Source of the DNA: an uncultured Gemmatimonadales bacterium
GTDB lineage: Bacteria; Gemmatimonadota; Gemmatimonadetes; Gemmatimonadales; GWC2-71-9
Reading direction: 5' to 3'
Assembly (NCBI GenBank): GCA_963841505.1
Contig: CAWJCZ010000001.1
Location: forward strand, 149,834-213,833
Length of the DNA: 64,000 nt
The notes under the pieces are model-generated. The model had not been told where the DNA came from. It saw only the letters and a program-made list of their open reading frames with translations, and did no database searches. Both the position numbers and the translations under genes were made by a program. Positions 1 to 10,274 of this stretch are shown piece by piece. Within the stretch, counting starts at the first letter, position 1. Each line of letters starts with the position of its first letter.

Positions 1-1703
1 CGGCGAGCCATGCAGCGCTGTGGACCGGGACCTATGGCGATGCGAACGGCGTGGTGGCCAACACGATGACGCCCCTGCCATGGGAAGAGTTCCCGCTCAC
101 CGAGACCCGCTCAGGGTTCGATGCCCGTCAGCTCGATGCCGAACCGATCTGGATCACCGCGGCGCGGCAGGGCCGAAGGGTGGTGGACCATCATGCCACC
201 CAGACCGGCTACCCGGGACGCTGGCGCCCCGACGGGGGACGGGACACTGCGGCGGCGCGACGAGACAGCGCGGCCATTGCGAGCCCGCTTCTTTTCATGG
301 TGAATGGCTATACCGACGACACCGATCCCCGGCTGCTGACTCCCGCGCGTAACCCGGCGCACCCCGCTCCTGCCTGGGCCAACCTCGGCGAAGCGGGAAC
401 CACCACTTTGCGAGAGGTGAGCTGGACCATCGGGCGGGATTCGGTCTTTGCGCTCTTCCGTCCCGGCGAGGTCCTGGTCAACCGCTCCCGCGACGCAGGC
501 TCCGCGATCCACGTGAAGCTGATGCCGCCGGAACAGGCACCCCTCGAGGGCCGCGACCTGGCGCGCTATTTCTCGGATCCGCTCTGGTTTCCCGAGCCCG
601 GCGGGCGCCGGAGCGGGGTGTATTTCCGGCTCTGGCGGCTCGATGACCCGGACGGCCGGTCGTACCAGCTGTACCAGGGCGCGCGGCACACCAACTGGAC
701 CAATCAGCCCCAGGTCATCGCGGGTTATGAAGCGTATGTCGGCGGTTTCGTCGGCAACGGCGCGTGGAGTCTCATGCGCGAAGCGGGGCCTCCGATCGAG
801 CAGGGGGGCGACGGGAGTGCCGAGCTCAAGTATCTGGAGACCGCCGAGCTGGAAACCCGTCAGATGATGCGCGGGTCGGAATGGACCTGGAAGATCCGGA
901 ATCCCGATCTGCAGGTGGATTACTTCTCCCTCGCCGACGACCTGGACCACAGCTGGTACGGGTTTGTGACCGGAGCGGCCCCGGGGGTCGCGCCGGAGAC
1001 TGCCCGGAAAATCAACGCCATGCGAAGCCGGGGCTGGGGCCTGGTGGATCGGCGTCTTGCGGCGCTCCGGGAGCTGGCCCGCGGGAGCAACGCATTACTC
1101 GTGCTGAGCGGCGATCACGGGATGCGGGCAATCTGGCGGCTCTTCTATCCGAACAGCGTGTTACGCAATGCCGGGCTGCTGGCGCTGGACGCGAACCGGC
1201 GAATCGATCTCTCCCGGACCCGCGCGGTGGCCAATCCGTATTTCATCACCGTGAACCGGGTTCGCCGAAAGGGCGGCATCGTGCCCCCCGGAGAGATCGA
1301 GCGGGTCGTCGACTCCGTGATCGCCGCGCTCAAGCAAGCCAAAGGGCCTGATGGGGCACCCATCGTGACCGGGATCCGGCGCCCGGTGCCGAACGACACG
1401 CTGGGCATCGGCGGTCCTGCCGGTGGCGACGTGTACTTCGGTCTCGCGCCCGGCTACTACTACTCCGGCGCCATCACCGATTCCATCAGCAGCGGAAGAA
1501 CACCCGCCGGCAACCACGGGTTTCCCAGCACCGATACGGACATGCGGACGGTGCTCTGCGCGATCGGCCCCGGCATCGGGGGTCGTCACCTGCCGACGGC
1601 ACGAGTCATCGATGCCGCGCCGACGGTCAGCGCCTGGCTCGGGATCACTCCCCCGGCCGACGCGCGGGGCCAGTCACTCCTCGACGCGATGCGCACGCGA
1701 TAG
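1..1703 (+). CDS. alkaline-phosphatase-superfamily phosphodiesterase / nucleotide pyrophosphatase-like protein, 5' end cut by window edge
   Basis: Frame 3 is open from base 3 (track ORF 51..1703). Motifs LWTGTYGDANGVVAN, LVLSGDHGM and GNHGFPSTDTDMR resemble NPP/AlkP metal-site motifs. Confidence 0.65.
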   Translation, partial: ASHAALWTGTYGDANGVVANTMTPLPWEEFPLTETRSGFDARQLDAEPIWITAARQGRRVVDHHATQTGYPGRWRPDGGRDTAAARRDSAAIASPLLFMVNGYTDDTDPRLLTPARNPAHPAPAWANLGEAGTTTLREVSWTIGRDSVFALFRPGEVLVNRSRDAGSAIHVKLMPPEQAPLEGRDLARYFSDPLWFPEPGGRRSGVYFRLWRLDDPDGRSYQLYQGARHTNWTNQPQVIAGYEAYVGGFVGNGAWSLMREAGPPIEQGGDGSAELKYLETAELETRQMMRGSEWTWKIRNPDLQVDYFSLADDLDHSWYGFVTGAAPGVAPETARKINAMRSRGWGLVDRRLAALRELARGSNALLVLSGDHGMRAIWRLFYPNSVLRNAGLLALDANRRIDLSRTRAVANPYFITVNRVRRKGGIVPPGEIERVVDSVIAALKQAKGPDGAPIVTGIRRPVPNDTLGIGGPAGGDVYFGLAPGYYYSGAITDSISSGRTPAGNHGFPSTDTDMRTVLCAIGPGIGGRHLPTARVIDAAPTVSAWLGITPPADARGQSLLDAMRTR

Positions 1704-1728
1704 CGGACCACGGTTTTCGGGAGAGCTC

Positions 1729-2968
1729 ATGCCATCCACCAGACGACTCGGCGTCGGATTCATCGGCAGCGGGTTCAACGCGCGCTTTCACATGCTGTCC
1801 TGGGCCGGGGTCCGCGACGCCGACGTGCTCGGCGTCTGGAGCCCGAACGCGGCCCACGCCCGGGACACCGCGGCCTACGCGCGGTCGCTCGACATCGGCG
1901 ACTGCCGGGCCTATCGCTCCATCACCGACATGATTCGTAACCCGGCGATCGACGCCCTCTGGATCTGCTCGCCCAACCAGGCCCGGGTGGACAACATGGA
2001 GGAGATCGCCGCCGCCGATTGCGCGGGGGCGGGGGACCCTTCGCGGCATCGCCTGCGAAAAACCGCTAGCCCGGAACGTGGAGGAGGCCAAGCAGGTCAT
2101 CGCTCTCGCGAAACAGGCCCGGCTCGCCACGGGATATCTCGAGAACCAGCTCTTCGCCCCTGCGGTTGAGCGGGGCAAGCAGCTCTTGTGGGATCGGGGC
2201 GCCGCGCTCACCGGCCGACCCTATCTCGCCCGGGCCGCCGAGGAGCACAGCGGACCGCACATGCCGTGGTTCTGGAAAGGGAAACTCCAGGGCGGCGGCG
2301 TGCTCAACGACATGATGTGCCATTCCGCGCTGGTAGTGCGGCATCTCCTCACCAAACCGGGTCAGTCGCTCTCCACGGTCAAGCCGGTCCGGGTGACGGG
2401 GCACATCGCCAGTCTCAAGTGGACCCAGCCAGCCTACGCGAAGCGGCTGAAGAAGGAGATGGGGGCGGACTACACCCGCGAGCCCTCGGAAGATTTCGCC
2501 AGCGTCACGATCGAGTTCCGCACCCGGGAAGGGCAAACCGTCTTCGGTGAGGCGACCACATCATGGAGCTTCATCGGTGCCGGCTTGCGACTCAGCGCCG
2601 AACTCCTGGGTCCCGAGTACTCGATGAGCTGGAACAGTCTGGATCCCGGACTTCGGCTCTTCTTCAGCCGCGAAGTGAAAGGGAAAGCCGGCGAGGACCT
2701 GGTCGAGAAGCAGAACGCCGAGGTCGGGCAGATGCCGGTGGTGCCCAACGAAGCGGTCGCGTACGGATACGAGGCCGAAGACCGCCACTTTGCCCGGGTG
2801 TTCCTGGGAAAGGAGAAGCCGCTGCTCACGTTCCAGGATGGTCTCGACGTCGTGAAACTCCTGATGACTGCGTATCGAAGCGCGGAGCAGGGCAAGACGC
2901 TCCGATTCCCGCCGCCCGGCATTGATCGGTTCGTCCCAAGAGTCGCGAAAGGGACCTGGCGGCCATAG
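1729..2968 (+). CDS. Gfo/Idh/MocA family oxidoreductase, frame broken once (extra G in G5 run 2031-2035)
   Basis: ATG 1729. The Rossmann motif LGVGFIGSGFNARFH (tail of ORF 1423..2169) continues after a shift as TLRGIACEKPLARNVEEAKQVIALAK into ORF 2078..2968. Confidence 0.7.
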
Positions 2969-3102
2969 ATGCGACGAAACGGTCGCCCGATCCGCCATTC
3001 CACCCCTGGGACGGCTTTCTTCCCTCCGCTCGCCGAGGTCGCCGTCCATTGTGTTTGTGGCCCCAACGGGCTACATTTCAGCAGACCCCAACTGGAGGAA
3101 AC

Positions 3103-3369
3103 ATGGGCAAAGGCAAGACGGCAACTGCCCGGGCCCGGCTGGAACCCAGGATCAAGGAAGCGGCCGAGCGGATCCTCGAAGAATGCGGCGTCGGCCCTTC
3201 CGAGGCGATAGGCATGTTCTACCGCCAGGTGATCCTCCACCATGGCCTGCCGTTTCCCGTCCGGACGTTCAATCAGGAGACCAGAAAGGTTCTGAGAAAG
3301 AGCAGACAGGGGATTGGCGTGACCCGGTTCGATTCGGCTGAAGCGCTGTTCGAGGATCTCGGGATTTGA
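3103..3369 (+). CDS. dinJ: type II antitoxin, RelB/DinJ family
   Basis: ATG 3103 is preceded by GGAGG. KTATARARLEPRIKEAAERILEECGVGPSEAIGMFYRQV is DinJ-like. There is a 4-nt overlap with the toxin gene. Confidence 0.8.
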   Translation: MGKGKTATARARLEPRIKEAAERILEECGVGPSEAIGMFYRQVILHHGLPFPVRTFNQETRKVLRKSRQGIGVTRFDSAEALFEDLGI

Positions 3370-3659
3370 CGCCGCCGGGGCGTTCGCCCCTGCGGCCGGC
3401 GCGGACCAACCCGTTCAAGAAGGACCTGGAGCGATGCCGGAAGCGGGGGTACGACATGAACGTCGCTCGGGTTGTCATGGGGCGGTTGATCAATCGGCAG
3501 CGCCTGGATGCTTCGTTCAGCGACCATCCCCTGAGGGGGGAATGGGCGGGGCATCGCGAGTGCCACCTCGCTCCTGACTGGCTACTCATCTACCGGATCG
3601 ATGGAGGCCAGATCACATTCGAACGCACCGGCAGCCACGCAGACCTTTTCGACGAATGA
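3366..3659 (+). CDS. yafQ: type II toxin, YafQ/RelE-family mRNA interferase
   Basis: FKKDLERCRKRGYDM...DHPLRGEWAGHRECHLAPDWLLIYRIDGGQITFERTGSHADLF matches the YafQ signature (RECHI.PDWLLIY...RTGSHSDLF). Confidence 0.85.
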   Translation: MTPPGRSPLRPARTNPFKKDLERCRKRGYDMNVARVVMGRLINRQRLDASFSDHPLRGEWAGHRECHLAPDWLLIYRIDGGQITFERTGSHADLFDE

Positions 3660-3683
3660 CACCCGGGAAGCAGCGACCGACGT

Positions 3684-3770
3684 ATGAGTGACGCCGCCAG
3701 CCGCATCGTCCAGAAGCTCTGGTCCTACTGCGACGTCCTCCGCGACGACGGGCTCTGGCTGCGCGACGAG
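3684..3770 (+). pseudogene. orphan N-terminal stub of a type I R-M methyltransferase (HsdM-like)
   Basis: SRIVQKLWSYCDVLRDDGL resembles the conserved HsdM N-terminus (EcoKI LVAKLWKLCDNLRDGG). Similarity stops after ~25 codons and no methylase motifs follow. Confidence 0.4.
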
Positions 3771-3908
3771 AGCCTGGAGGATTCAGCGAGCCTCCCTGGG
3801 CCGCCATCTCCTGCACAGGATGATCGGCCCGAGGGCCGATCTGCGCTCGGCCCTGGTACAGGGATGTCGAACACCTTTAAGACCATTGATGCTGGAGGGT
3901 CGACGAAT

Positions 3909-5619
3909 ATGAGCGGTTTCTCCCGCAAGGAGTTTCTGGTGCTGGGAGCGTGGCTGGCGGCAGGCGGACGGGCGGGCTGGCGGACAGTCGGACGAACTCC
4001 AGCCGCCCAGCCGCCCGACAATCCGTTTGAGCCCGACCTCATCCTGGTGAATGGCCGGGTGCTGACCCAGGACGACGGACTACCCCGCGCCGAAGCCTTC
4101 GCCGTGAAGGATGGGAAGTTTCTCGCCGTTGGCTCCAATGCCGATGTCCGGAACCTCGCGACCCCGCGGACCCGGATCATCGACGCGGCCCGGATGACCG
4201 TCCTGCCGGGGTTCATCGACTGCCACTGCCACCCGAGCGGCGTGTCCGAGCTGTTCGATGTGAACGCCAACGTCCGAACCACCGCCGAGCTGCAGGCGAA
4301 TCTCCGGAAGCGGGCCCGGGAGACTCCAGCGGGGTTCTGGGTGGTCGGCGACATGTTCGACGACACCAAGCTGGACCGCGAGCTGACCCGCAAGGAGCTC
4401 GACGCGGTCAGCACCGAGCACCCCATCGCGGTCAATCATCGCGGCGGCCACACCAGCTGGTACAACAGCAAGGCGCTGGAGCTCGCGGGAATCACCCGGG
4501 ATACGCCGGACCCTCCCGACGGCCGGTTCTTCCGGGACGCAAGCGGGGAGCTCACCGGTCGAGTCGCCGAGCTGGCGCGGGGCGTAGTGGCCCGGGCCGG
4601 GAAGCACCAGGAATTCACCCTGGCCGAGGAGCGGGAGCGGGGTCGCCAGGGCATGGCCTACATCTCCGAGCTGCTGACCGCCTCGGGACTCACCACGGTG
4701 CACGATGCGGGCGCTAGTGTCGATCACATCAGCGCGTATCAGGACGTCTATCAGCGTGGGGAGCTTCGCCATCGCAGCTACATGCTGGTGCGGGGCGCCG
4801 CCTTCCCGCGGATGCGGGATGCCGGGCATCTACACCGGGTTAGGGGACGAGTGGCTCCGGGTCGGCCCGGTCAAGTTCGCGGCCGATGGGTCCGCCTCCG
4901 AACGCACCATGCGGATGAGCACGCCGTATGTGGGCACCCAGGACTACGGCATCCTCACCATGACCCAGGACCAGCTCTACGAGGCGGTGGACGACGCCCA
5001 CAGCCACAACTGGCAGATCGGGATCCACGCCAACGGCGACGTCACCATCGACATGGTCCTCAAGGCGTACGAGCGCGCTCTGGGCCAATGGCCTCATCCC
5101 GATCGGCGCCACCGGATCGAGCACTGCACCCTGGTGAATCCGGACCTGATCCGCCGTATCAAGGCGATCGGCGCAATCCCGACTCCGTTCTGGACCTACG
5201 TCTACTTCCATGGCGAGAAGTGGTCTCAGTACGGCGACGAGAAGCTGCGCTGGATGTTCGCCCACCGGTCGTTCCTGGACGCCGGTATCCGGGTGCCGGG
5301 CGCGTCGGACTACGGGCCGGGACCATTCGAGCCCCTCATGGCGATCCAGTCCATGGTGACCCGGCGCGACTATCGCGGGCGCGAGTGGGGACCCAATCAG
5401 AAAGTGACGGTGGACGAGGCGCTCCGGATCGGCACCCTGCACGGTGCCCATGCCTCCTATGAGGAGAAGGTGAAGGGCTCCATCACGGCGGGAAAGCTTG
5501 CCGATTTCGTGATGCTCGAGAAGGACCCCCGCGAAGTGGACCCGAACACGATCAAGGACATCACGGTGGTGCGTACGGTGGTCGGCGGCAGGACCATGTA
5601 TCCCAAGAGCGAGGGGTGA
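3909..5619 (+). CDS. metal-dependent amidohydrolase (amidohydrolase_3-like), one frame break near 4828
   Basis: ATG 3909 with a Tat-like SRKEFL leader. Contains PGFIDCHCHP (HxH metal site). ORF 3684..5462 joins ORF 4705..5619 at ...RMRDAG|IYTGLGDEWLRVGPVKFAADGS. Also contains IGIHANGD and HRIEHC. Confidence 0.75.
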
Positions 5620-5623
5620 TCTC

Positions 5624-6931
5624 GTGATGAAGCGCAACGTCGGCCGGCTCTCCCTGATGATGTTCCTCCAGTACGCGGTCTGGGGCGCCTGGCTGCCGCT
5701 GGCGGCCCGCTACCTCACCGCGAGCACCGGGGAAGGCGGGTTAGGCTTCACCGGGACCCAGATGGGAACCATCCTCGGGCTGGCCGGCTCGATCGGCGCC
5801 ATGGCCGCACCGTTCATCGCGGGGCAGTTCGCCGACCGCCGATTCAGCACCGAACGCTTTTTGGCGTTTCTCCTCGCGGTGGGCGGGGTGGTGAAGTGGG
5901 TAACCGCCTCCCAGACCGGCTTCGGGGCGTGGCTCCTCCTCTCGATCGTCTACAGCGTGGTGTACATGCCGACGCTGGCGCTGTCGAATTCGATGGCCTT
6001 TGCCCACCTCACCAACCGGGATCGCGATTTCGGCAAGATCCGGGTCTGGGGCACGATCGGGTGGATCGCGGCGAGCTGGATCTTCCCGATGATCTACCTC
6101 CAGACCGGCCTGCACCTGCAGTGGATGCCACCATTCCTGGTGGGACCCGAGCTCCCCAACGTCACCCACCGGCTCGCCGATTCGCTCCGGTTCTCCGCCT
6201 TCATCTCGTGGGGCTACGCCCTCTTCTGCTTTGCCCTCCCCCACACGCCGCCCAGGCGCGAGGGAGTAGAGCCTTTGGCGTTCGCCAAGGCCTTCGGCTT
6301 GCTGCGGGTGCGCTCCTTCGCGATTCTGGTCGCGGCGAGCCTGCCGATCAGCATCATTCACCAGGTGTATTTCCTGCAGACCCCGCCGTTCTTCTCGCAC
6401 CTCGGACTGCTGGACAGCCAGATCGGCCCCGCGATGACGATCGGGCAGTTCAGCGAAATCATCATCATGGCGTTGCTGGGTGTAATGCTGGTGCGCCTCG
6501 GGTTCCGGACCGTCATCACGATCGGCGCCTTCGGGTATTTCGTACGCTATCTCATCTGGAGCTTCCCGTCCCTTCCGGTCAGCGTCCTGGTCGGGAGCCA
6601 GTTCCTTCACGGGATCTGTTACGCCTGTTTCTTCGCGGGCGCATACATCTACACCGACCGGGTCGCCCCGCCCGATGTGCGCCACTCCGCGCAAACCGTG
6701 TTCGGCATTCTCATTCTGGGAGGCGGGCCGGTGCTCGGCGGCGTCCTGTCGGGCTGGCTGGCCGACAGCTATGCCAACGTAGGAGGCCAGATCGACTACG
6801 CCGCCCTCTGGCGGGTCGTTTCCCTGATCGGGCTCTTCGCGGCGGTGTTCTTCTGGACCCTCTTCCGGGAAGCCAAGGCCCCGTCCTCCGCTCCTGCAGC
6901 CAAGGGCCCGGCCGAAATCGCGCCGGCATAA
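5624..6931 (+). CDS. MFS transporter (nucleoside/H+ symporter-like, MFS_1_like)
   Basis: 435-aa ORF with about 12 hydrophobic segments. The N-terminus LSLMMFLQYAVWGAWLPLAARYL is typical of NHS-type MFS. Confidence 0.6.
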   Translation: MMKRNVGRLSLMMFLQYAVWGAWLPLAARYLTASTGEGGLGFTGTQMGTILGLAGSIGAMAAPFIAGQFADRRFSTERFLAFLLAVGGVVKWVTASQTGFGAWLLLSIVYSVVYMPTLALSNSMAFAHLTNRDRDFGKIRVWGTIGWIAASWIFPMIYLQTGLHLQWMPPFLVGPELPNVTHRLADSLRFSAFISWGYALFCFALPHTPPRREGVEPLAFAKAFGLLRVRSFAILVAASLPISIIHQVYFLQTPPFFSHLGLLDSQIGPAMTIGQFSEIIIMALLGVMLVRLGFRTVITIGAFGYFVRYLIWSFPSLPVSVLVGSQFLHGICYACFFAGAYIYTDRVAPPDVRHSAQTVFGILILGGGPVLGGVLSGWLADSYANVGGQIDYAALWRVVSLIGLFAAVFFWTLFREAKAPSSAPAAKGPAEIAPA

Positions 6932-6962
6932 ACCCGGGCAAGGTGGCCGGCATCCCACTGTT

Positions 6963-7568
6963 GTGTATACTGCCGCCCTCGCCGAGCTGGATGGACGGTC
7001 GGCCGCCGGTTCCCCGGTCCCGCAACATGCCGAGCCGGGGAGCCGCGCGGCTGTGAACGAGCTGATTCGGCAAGCGCAGGCAGGGGACGAGGCTGCCTTT
7101 GCCTCCTTGTACCGGGAGCACGCGGGACGGGTGCATGCGCTCTGCCTTCGTCTGTCGGGCGAGGCCGGTGCCGCGGAAGAGCTGACTCAGGACGTGTTCG
7201 TTCGGGTCTGGAATGCTTTGCCTTCGTTTCGCGGCGAGAGCGCCCTGTCGAGCTGGATTCACCGGCTGGCGGTGAACGTTTTCCTCGCCGAGCGCCGCGC
7301 CGCTGGCCGACGCGAGCGCCGGGTGTTCACCACCGCCGGTCCGGAGGAGTTCGAAACCACCGGGCAAAGGGCCAGCGATCCGGCTGGAATCGATCTGGAG
7401 CGGGCCATCGCAGGGTTGCCGAAGGGAGCGCGAACCGTTTTTGTGCTGCACGACGTCGAGGGGTATCAGCATGGAGAGATCGCCCGCATGATCGGAATCG
7501 CGGAGGGCACCTGCAAGGCCCAGCTCTTCCGGGCCCGCCGGCTGCTCCGGGAGGCGCTCAGCCGATGA
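6963..7568 (+). CDS. ECF (sigma-24) RNA polymerase sigma factor
   Basis: Region 2 is AEELTQDVFVRVWNALPSFRGES..SWIHRLAVN. Region 4 is ARTVFVLHDVEGYQHGEIARMIGIAEGTCKAQLFRARRLL. Confidence 0.85.
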   Translation: MYTAALAELDGRSAAGSPVPQHAEPGSRAAVNELIRQAQAGDEAAFASLYREHAGRVHALCLRLSGEAGAAEELTQDVFVRVWNALPSFRGESALSSWIHRLAVNVFLAERRAAGRRERRVFTTAGPEEFETTGQRASDPAGIDLERAIAGLPKGARTVFVLHDVEGYQHGEIARMIGIAEGTCKAQLFRARRLLREALSR

Positions 7569-8188
7569 CCTGCATGGAGCTTCGAGAGCGGCTGGACGAC
7601 TATGCCCGCGATGCGCTTGTCCCGGACGAGGCGACCGCCCTGGAAGCGCACCTCTCCACCTGCGAAAGCTGTAGCGCGCTTCTTGAGTCGCTGGCTCCCA
7701 GACTCGAGGAAACCACCGCGCTTCCCCGTGCCATCCAACCGCCTGCTCGAGTGTGGGAGAAAGTGTCGGGCGAGATCGCGCCTCGACGGTTTGGCCGAGG
7801 GCACGTACGGATCCCCTCGTGGATGCTCGCGGCTGCCGCGGTGCTTCTCATTGCGCTCTCGGCGGGAGCCACCGCGCTCCTGCTGCGGCGACCGGTTGCC
7901 GTGGTTCCTGGCGCGTCCTCGGCAATGGGCTCACCGCTCGAGGCCCAGTACGCGTCGGCGAGCGCCGATCTCGCCGCCGAGCTGGCCAAAGCCAAGGGAC
8001 TGCTGGCTCCCGCCACGGTGGCGGTCATCGAACGAAACCTCCGGGTCATCGACAGCGCCCTCGCGGAGTCGCGCCGGGCGCTTCAGGCCGACCCGAGAAA
8101 CCGGGTGCTGGAACAGATGCTGGTGGCGGTGTGGCGCCAGAAGATCGACTACCTTCGCCGCGCCACCGCGCTCTCCCCCGCCTCGTGA
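7565..8188 (+). CDS. anti-sigma factor, zf-HC2 type, single TM
   Basis: 4-nt overlap with the sigma gene. H-x3-C-x2-C motif in ALEAHLSTCESCSALL. TM segment WMLAAAAVLLIALSAGATALLL. Confidence 0.75.
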   Translation: MTCMELRERLDDYARDALVPDEATALEAHLSTCESCSALLESLAPRLEETTALPRAIQPPARVWEKVSGEIAPRRFGRGHVRIPSWMLAAAAVLLIALSAGATALLLRRPVAVVPGASSAMGSPLEAQYASASADLAAELAKAKGLLAPATVAVIERNLRVIDSALAESRRALQADPRNRVLEQMLVAVWRQKIDYLRRATALSPAS

Positions 8189-9063
8189 TGCGCACCTTCG
8201 CGTTGGTCCTCGCCGTCCTCACCGTCCCCGCTGTCCGACTTCCGGCCCAGCAGAAGATCGATCGTCGTTTCGCGGTCGATTCCGATGCCTCCATCCGGAT
8301 CAACAACCTCGCCGGCAACACCCGCCTGATCGGCTGGGACCGGGACAGCATCGTGGTCACCGGATTCGCCCCGCCGGGGACCAGCTTCTTCGGCGGTGGC
8401 TCGGGTCGGCTCGCCAAGCTGGGCCTCGAGCGGGACGAGAAGGTCCCGCTCAGCGGGTTAGGAGAGCTCGAGGTCCGGGTCCCGGCGGGCGCCCGGGTCT
8501 GGGTCAAGACCCTGGAAGGATGGATCGATGCCTCGGGCCTCTCGGGCGAGGCCGACCTGGTAACCGTGGCTGGCTCCATCAAGGTGACCGGATCGCTCCG
8601 GGTCCTCAGTGCGGAGACCCTGGACGGATCGATCGCGGTCGCAGGGGGCTCGCAAATCACCCGGCTCAAGACCGGGGGTGGAAAGGTCGATGTGACCCAG
8701 CCGGTCGGCGACCTGACGGTGTCGACCGTGGGAGGACCGGTCACGCTGCTCGCCGCCGAGCCGGCGTCGGCCCGGATCGAGACCGTCTCCGGTCCGGTGG
8801 TGTATGACGGGAGGCTCGGCCGCCGGGCCACCCTCGAGATCCAGACCCACAGCGGGGACGTGGAGCTTCGGCTGCCCCGCGACACCGGCGCCGAATTCGA
8901 CCTTCATTCCATTGATGGGACCGTCCAGGTCGCTCTGTCGCCCAAGGGTCCTTTCCCCAAGCCGGTGCACGGGAAGCCGCTCTTCTTCGGCAATGCCGGT
9001 GGCGGGGCCAGTGTGGTGGTGCGCTCCTTCAAGGGCGAGATCCGCATCGTGGGGCGCGAGTAG
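8188..9063 (+). CDS. DUF4097-type putative adhesin / beta-helical secreted protein
   Basis: ATG 8188 overlaps the anti-sigma stop by 1 nt. Signal peptide MRTFALVLAVLTVPAVRLPAQ. Repeated G.I.V.G...T..G.V strands. Confidence 0.6.
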   Translation: MRTFALVLAVLTVPAVRLPAQQKIDRRFAVDSDASIRINNLAGNTRLIGWDRDSIVVTGFAPPGTSFFGGGSGRLAKLGLERDEKVPLSGLGELEVRVPAGARVWVKTLEGWIDASGLSGEADLVTVAGSIKVTGSLRVLSAETLDGSIAVAGGSQITRLKTGGGKVDVTQPVGDLTVSTVGGPVTLLAAEPASARIETVSGPVVYDGRLGRRATLEIQTHSGDVELRLPRDTGAEFDLHSIDGTVQVALSPKGPFPKPVHGKPLFFGNAGGGASVVVRSFKGEIRIVGRE

Positions 9064-9121
9064 AATTCAAACCGCCGGCTCCGGTCCGGCATCCCAGGAG
9101 TATCTCTGACCGGAGCGTGTT

Positions 9122-9553
9122 ATGTCTCGCCTCACCCTCGCCGTCGTTGCCGGACTTCTGCTGCCCGCCGCCCTGCTGGCCAAAGGGCCGCCGTGGATCT
9201 CGATCGAGCTGCCCGCCAATCCGTGGGACCCCGAGACCCGCAACGCCTTTCTGGTGGTCCATGCGTTTCACCACGAGGTATCGCTTCCCCTCCCGGTGAC
9301 CGGCACCGCCGAAGGGATCGTGGATGGGAAGCGGCGCAGCGTGGCCCTGCAGTTCGAGCGCACCAGCCGGACCGGCGCGTATGCCCTCCGCAATCAGTGG
9401 GGCGCCAAGGGGAGGTGGGTGCTGATCATCAGCGTCAATCAGGGTGACCACGGTGACGTGGCTCAGGCGATGGTGCGGATTGCCGAAACCGGCCAGGTGG
9501 CGGGGTGGAGGTCCCTACCAGGACCCGGGACCGCGGGGTGCCCCGCCGGGTGA
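9122..9553 (+). CDS. hypothetical secreted protein
   Basis: Signal-like N-terminus MSRLTLAVVAGLLLPAALLAKG. No family recognised. The 3' end is uncertain because an alternative frame continues to about 9597. Confidence 0.45.
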   Translation: MSRLTLAVVAGLLLPAALLAKGPPWISIELPANPWDPETRNAFLVVHAFHHEVSLPLPVTGTAEGIVDGKRRSVALQFERTSRTGAYALRNQWGAKGRWVLIISVNQGDHGDVAQAMVRIAETGQVAGWRSLPGPGTAGCPAG

Positions 9554-9638
9554 CCTCGGAAGAAATCGAGGCCGCCGGTAGCCGGACGGGGCGGTAGGGA
9601 GGGGTGGCATCCCGACCGCTCGACGCCCCAGTGGTCCG

Positions 9639-10085
9639 CTACGGCTGCTTTGGCGCTGCCGGCGCTTTCTTGGCCGAACCGGACTGGTGGGTGTTGGACC
9701 CCAGCGCTCCCGTCATCGCGTCGACCGTCACGCGATCATAGCCTTCCTTCCCGCTCGTCTTGATGTTGAACACGTAGACGAGGTTCGTCTTCTCCTTGGT
9801 GATCATCCGTGCCGACACCATCCCGCCGGGAACCGCTCCCAGTGCGGTCTGCTCCGCGGCATCCGGAGTGATCTTCGCCTGTTTGAGCAGGCCGGGAGAC
9901 GACTCGTGCACCTTGTGCGTCGCGGTGTGCATCGCCATCTGGTTGGTGGGCTTGGGTGGCTGAGTAGCTGCCGCCGGGGCCGGTTTCGGGGTTGGCTTGG
10001 CGGGCTGGCCCTGCGCCGCTGCGCCAACGGCAACCGCCGCGAGCGCGAACACGAGCAACGAAGCCTTCTGAACCATACGGGTCAC
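9639..10085 (-). CDS. PepSY domain-containing secreted protein
   Basis: Signal peptide, a Pro/Ala/Lys-rich linker, then ITPDAAEQTALGAVPGGMVSARMITKEKTNLVYVFNIKT...VTVDAMTGAL (PepSY-like). Confidence 0.65.
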   Translation of the reverse strand: MTRMVQKASLLVFALAAVAVGAAAQGQPAKPTPKPAPAAATQPPKPTNQMAMHTATHKVHESSPGLLKQAKITPDAAEQTALGAVPGGMVSARMITKEKTNLVYVFNIKTSGKEGYDRVTVDAMTGALGSNTHQSGSAKKAPAAPKQP

Positions 10086-10232
10086 TCCTGTGCTGGGAGA
10101 GCCATTGAGACCGCCTCAGGCGAATCCTGATGCCCCCGGGCTCTGCGGCGAGCGCCACCCTAAAGGCAACGGCCATGCCCGGAGAAGTGGCTTGGCTCGG
10201 TGGGTCTGGGAAGGGACGCGACACTCCACCAT

Positions 10233-10263
10233 GACAAGCTGACCTCGAGGCGGTCAGCTTGTC
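10233..10263 (-). terminator. perfect 12-bp stem / 7-nt loop hairpin 12 nt downstream of the response-regulator stop
   Basis: GACAAGCTGACC-tcgaggc-GGTCAGCTTGTC. There is no U-tract, so it is only an intrinsic-terminator candidate. Confidence 0.4.
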
Positions 10264-10274
10264 CCGGCGCCTTG

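Noticed and set aside
3684-5462. 592-aa track ORF suggesting one large protein.
   Set aside because: It is a chimera of an HsdM-like stub, the true amidohydrolase N-terminal half (from ATG 3909) and an out-of-frame Arg/Pro-rich tail. The real C-terminal half is in ORF 4705..5619.
9480-9600. Possible frame break at the 3' end of ORF 9122..9553; an alternative frame reads VEVPTRTRDRGVPRRVTSEEIEAAGSRTGR-stop.
   Set aside because: No homologue motif is available to decide which frame is genuine.
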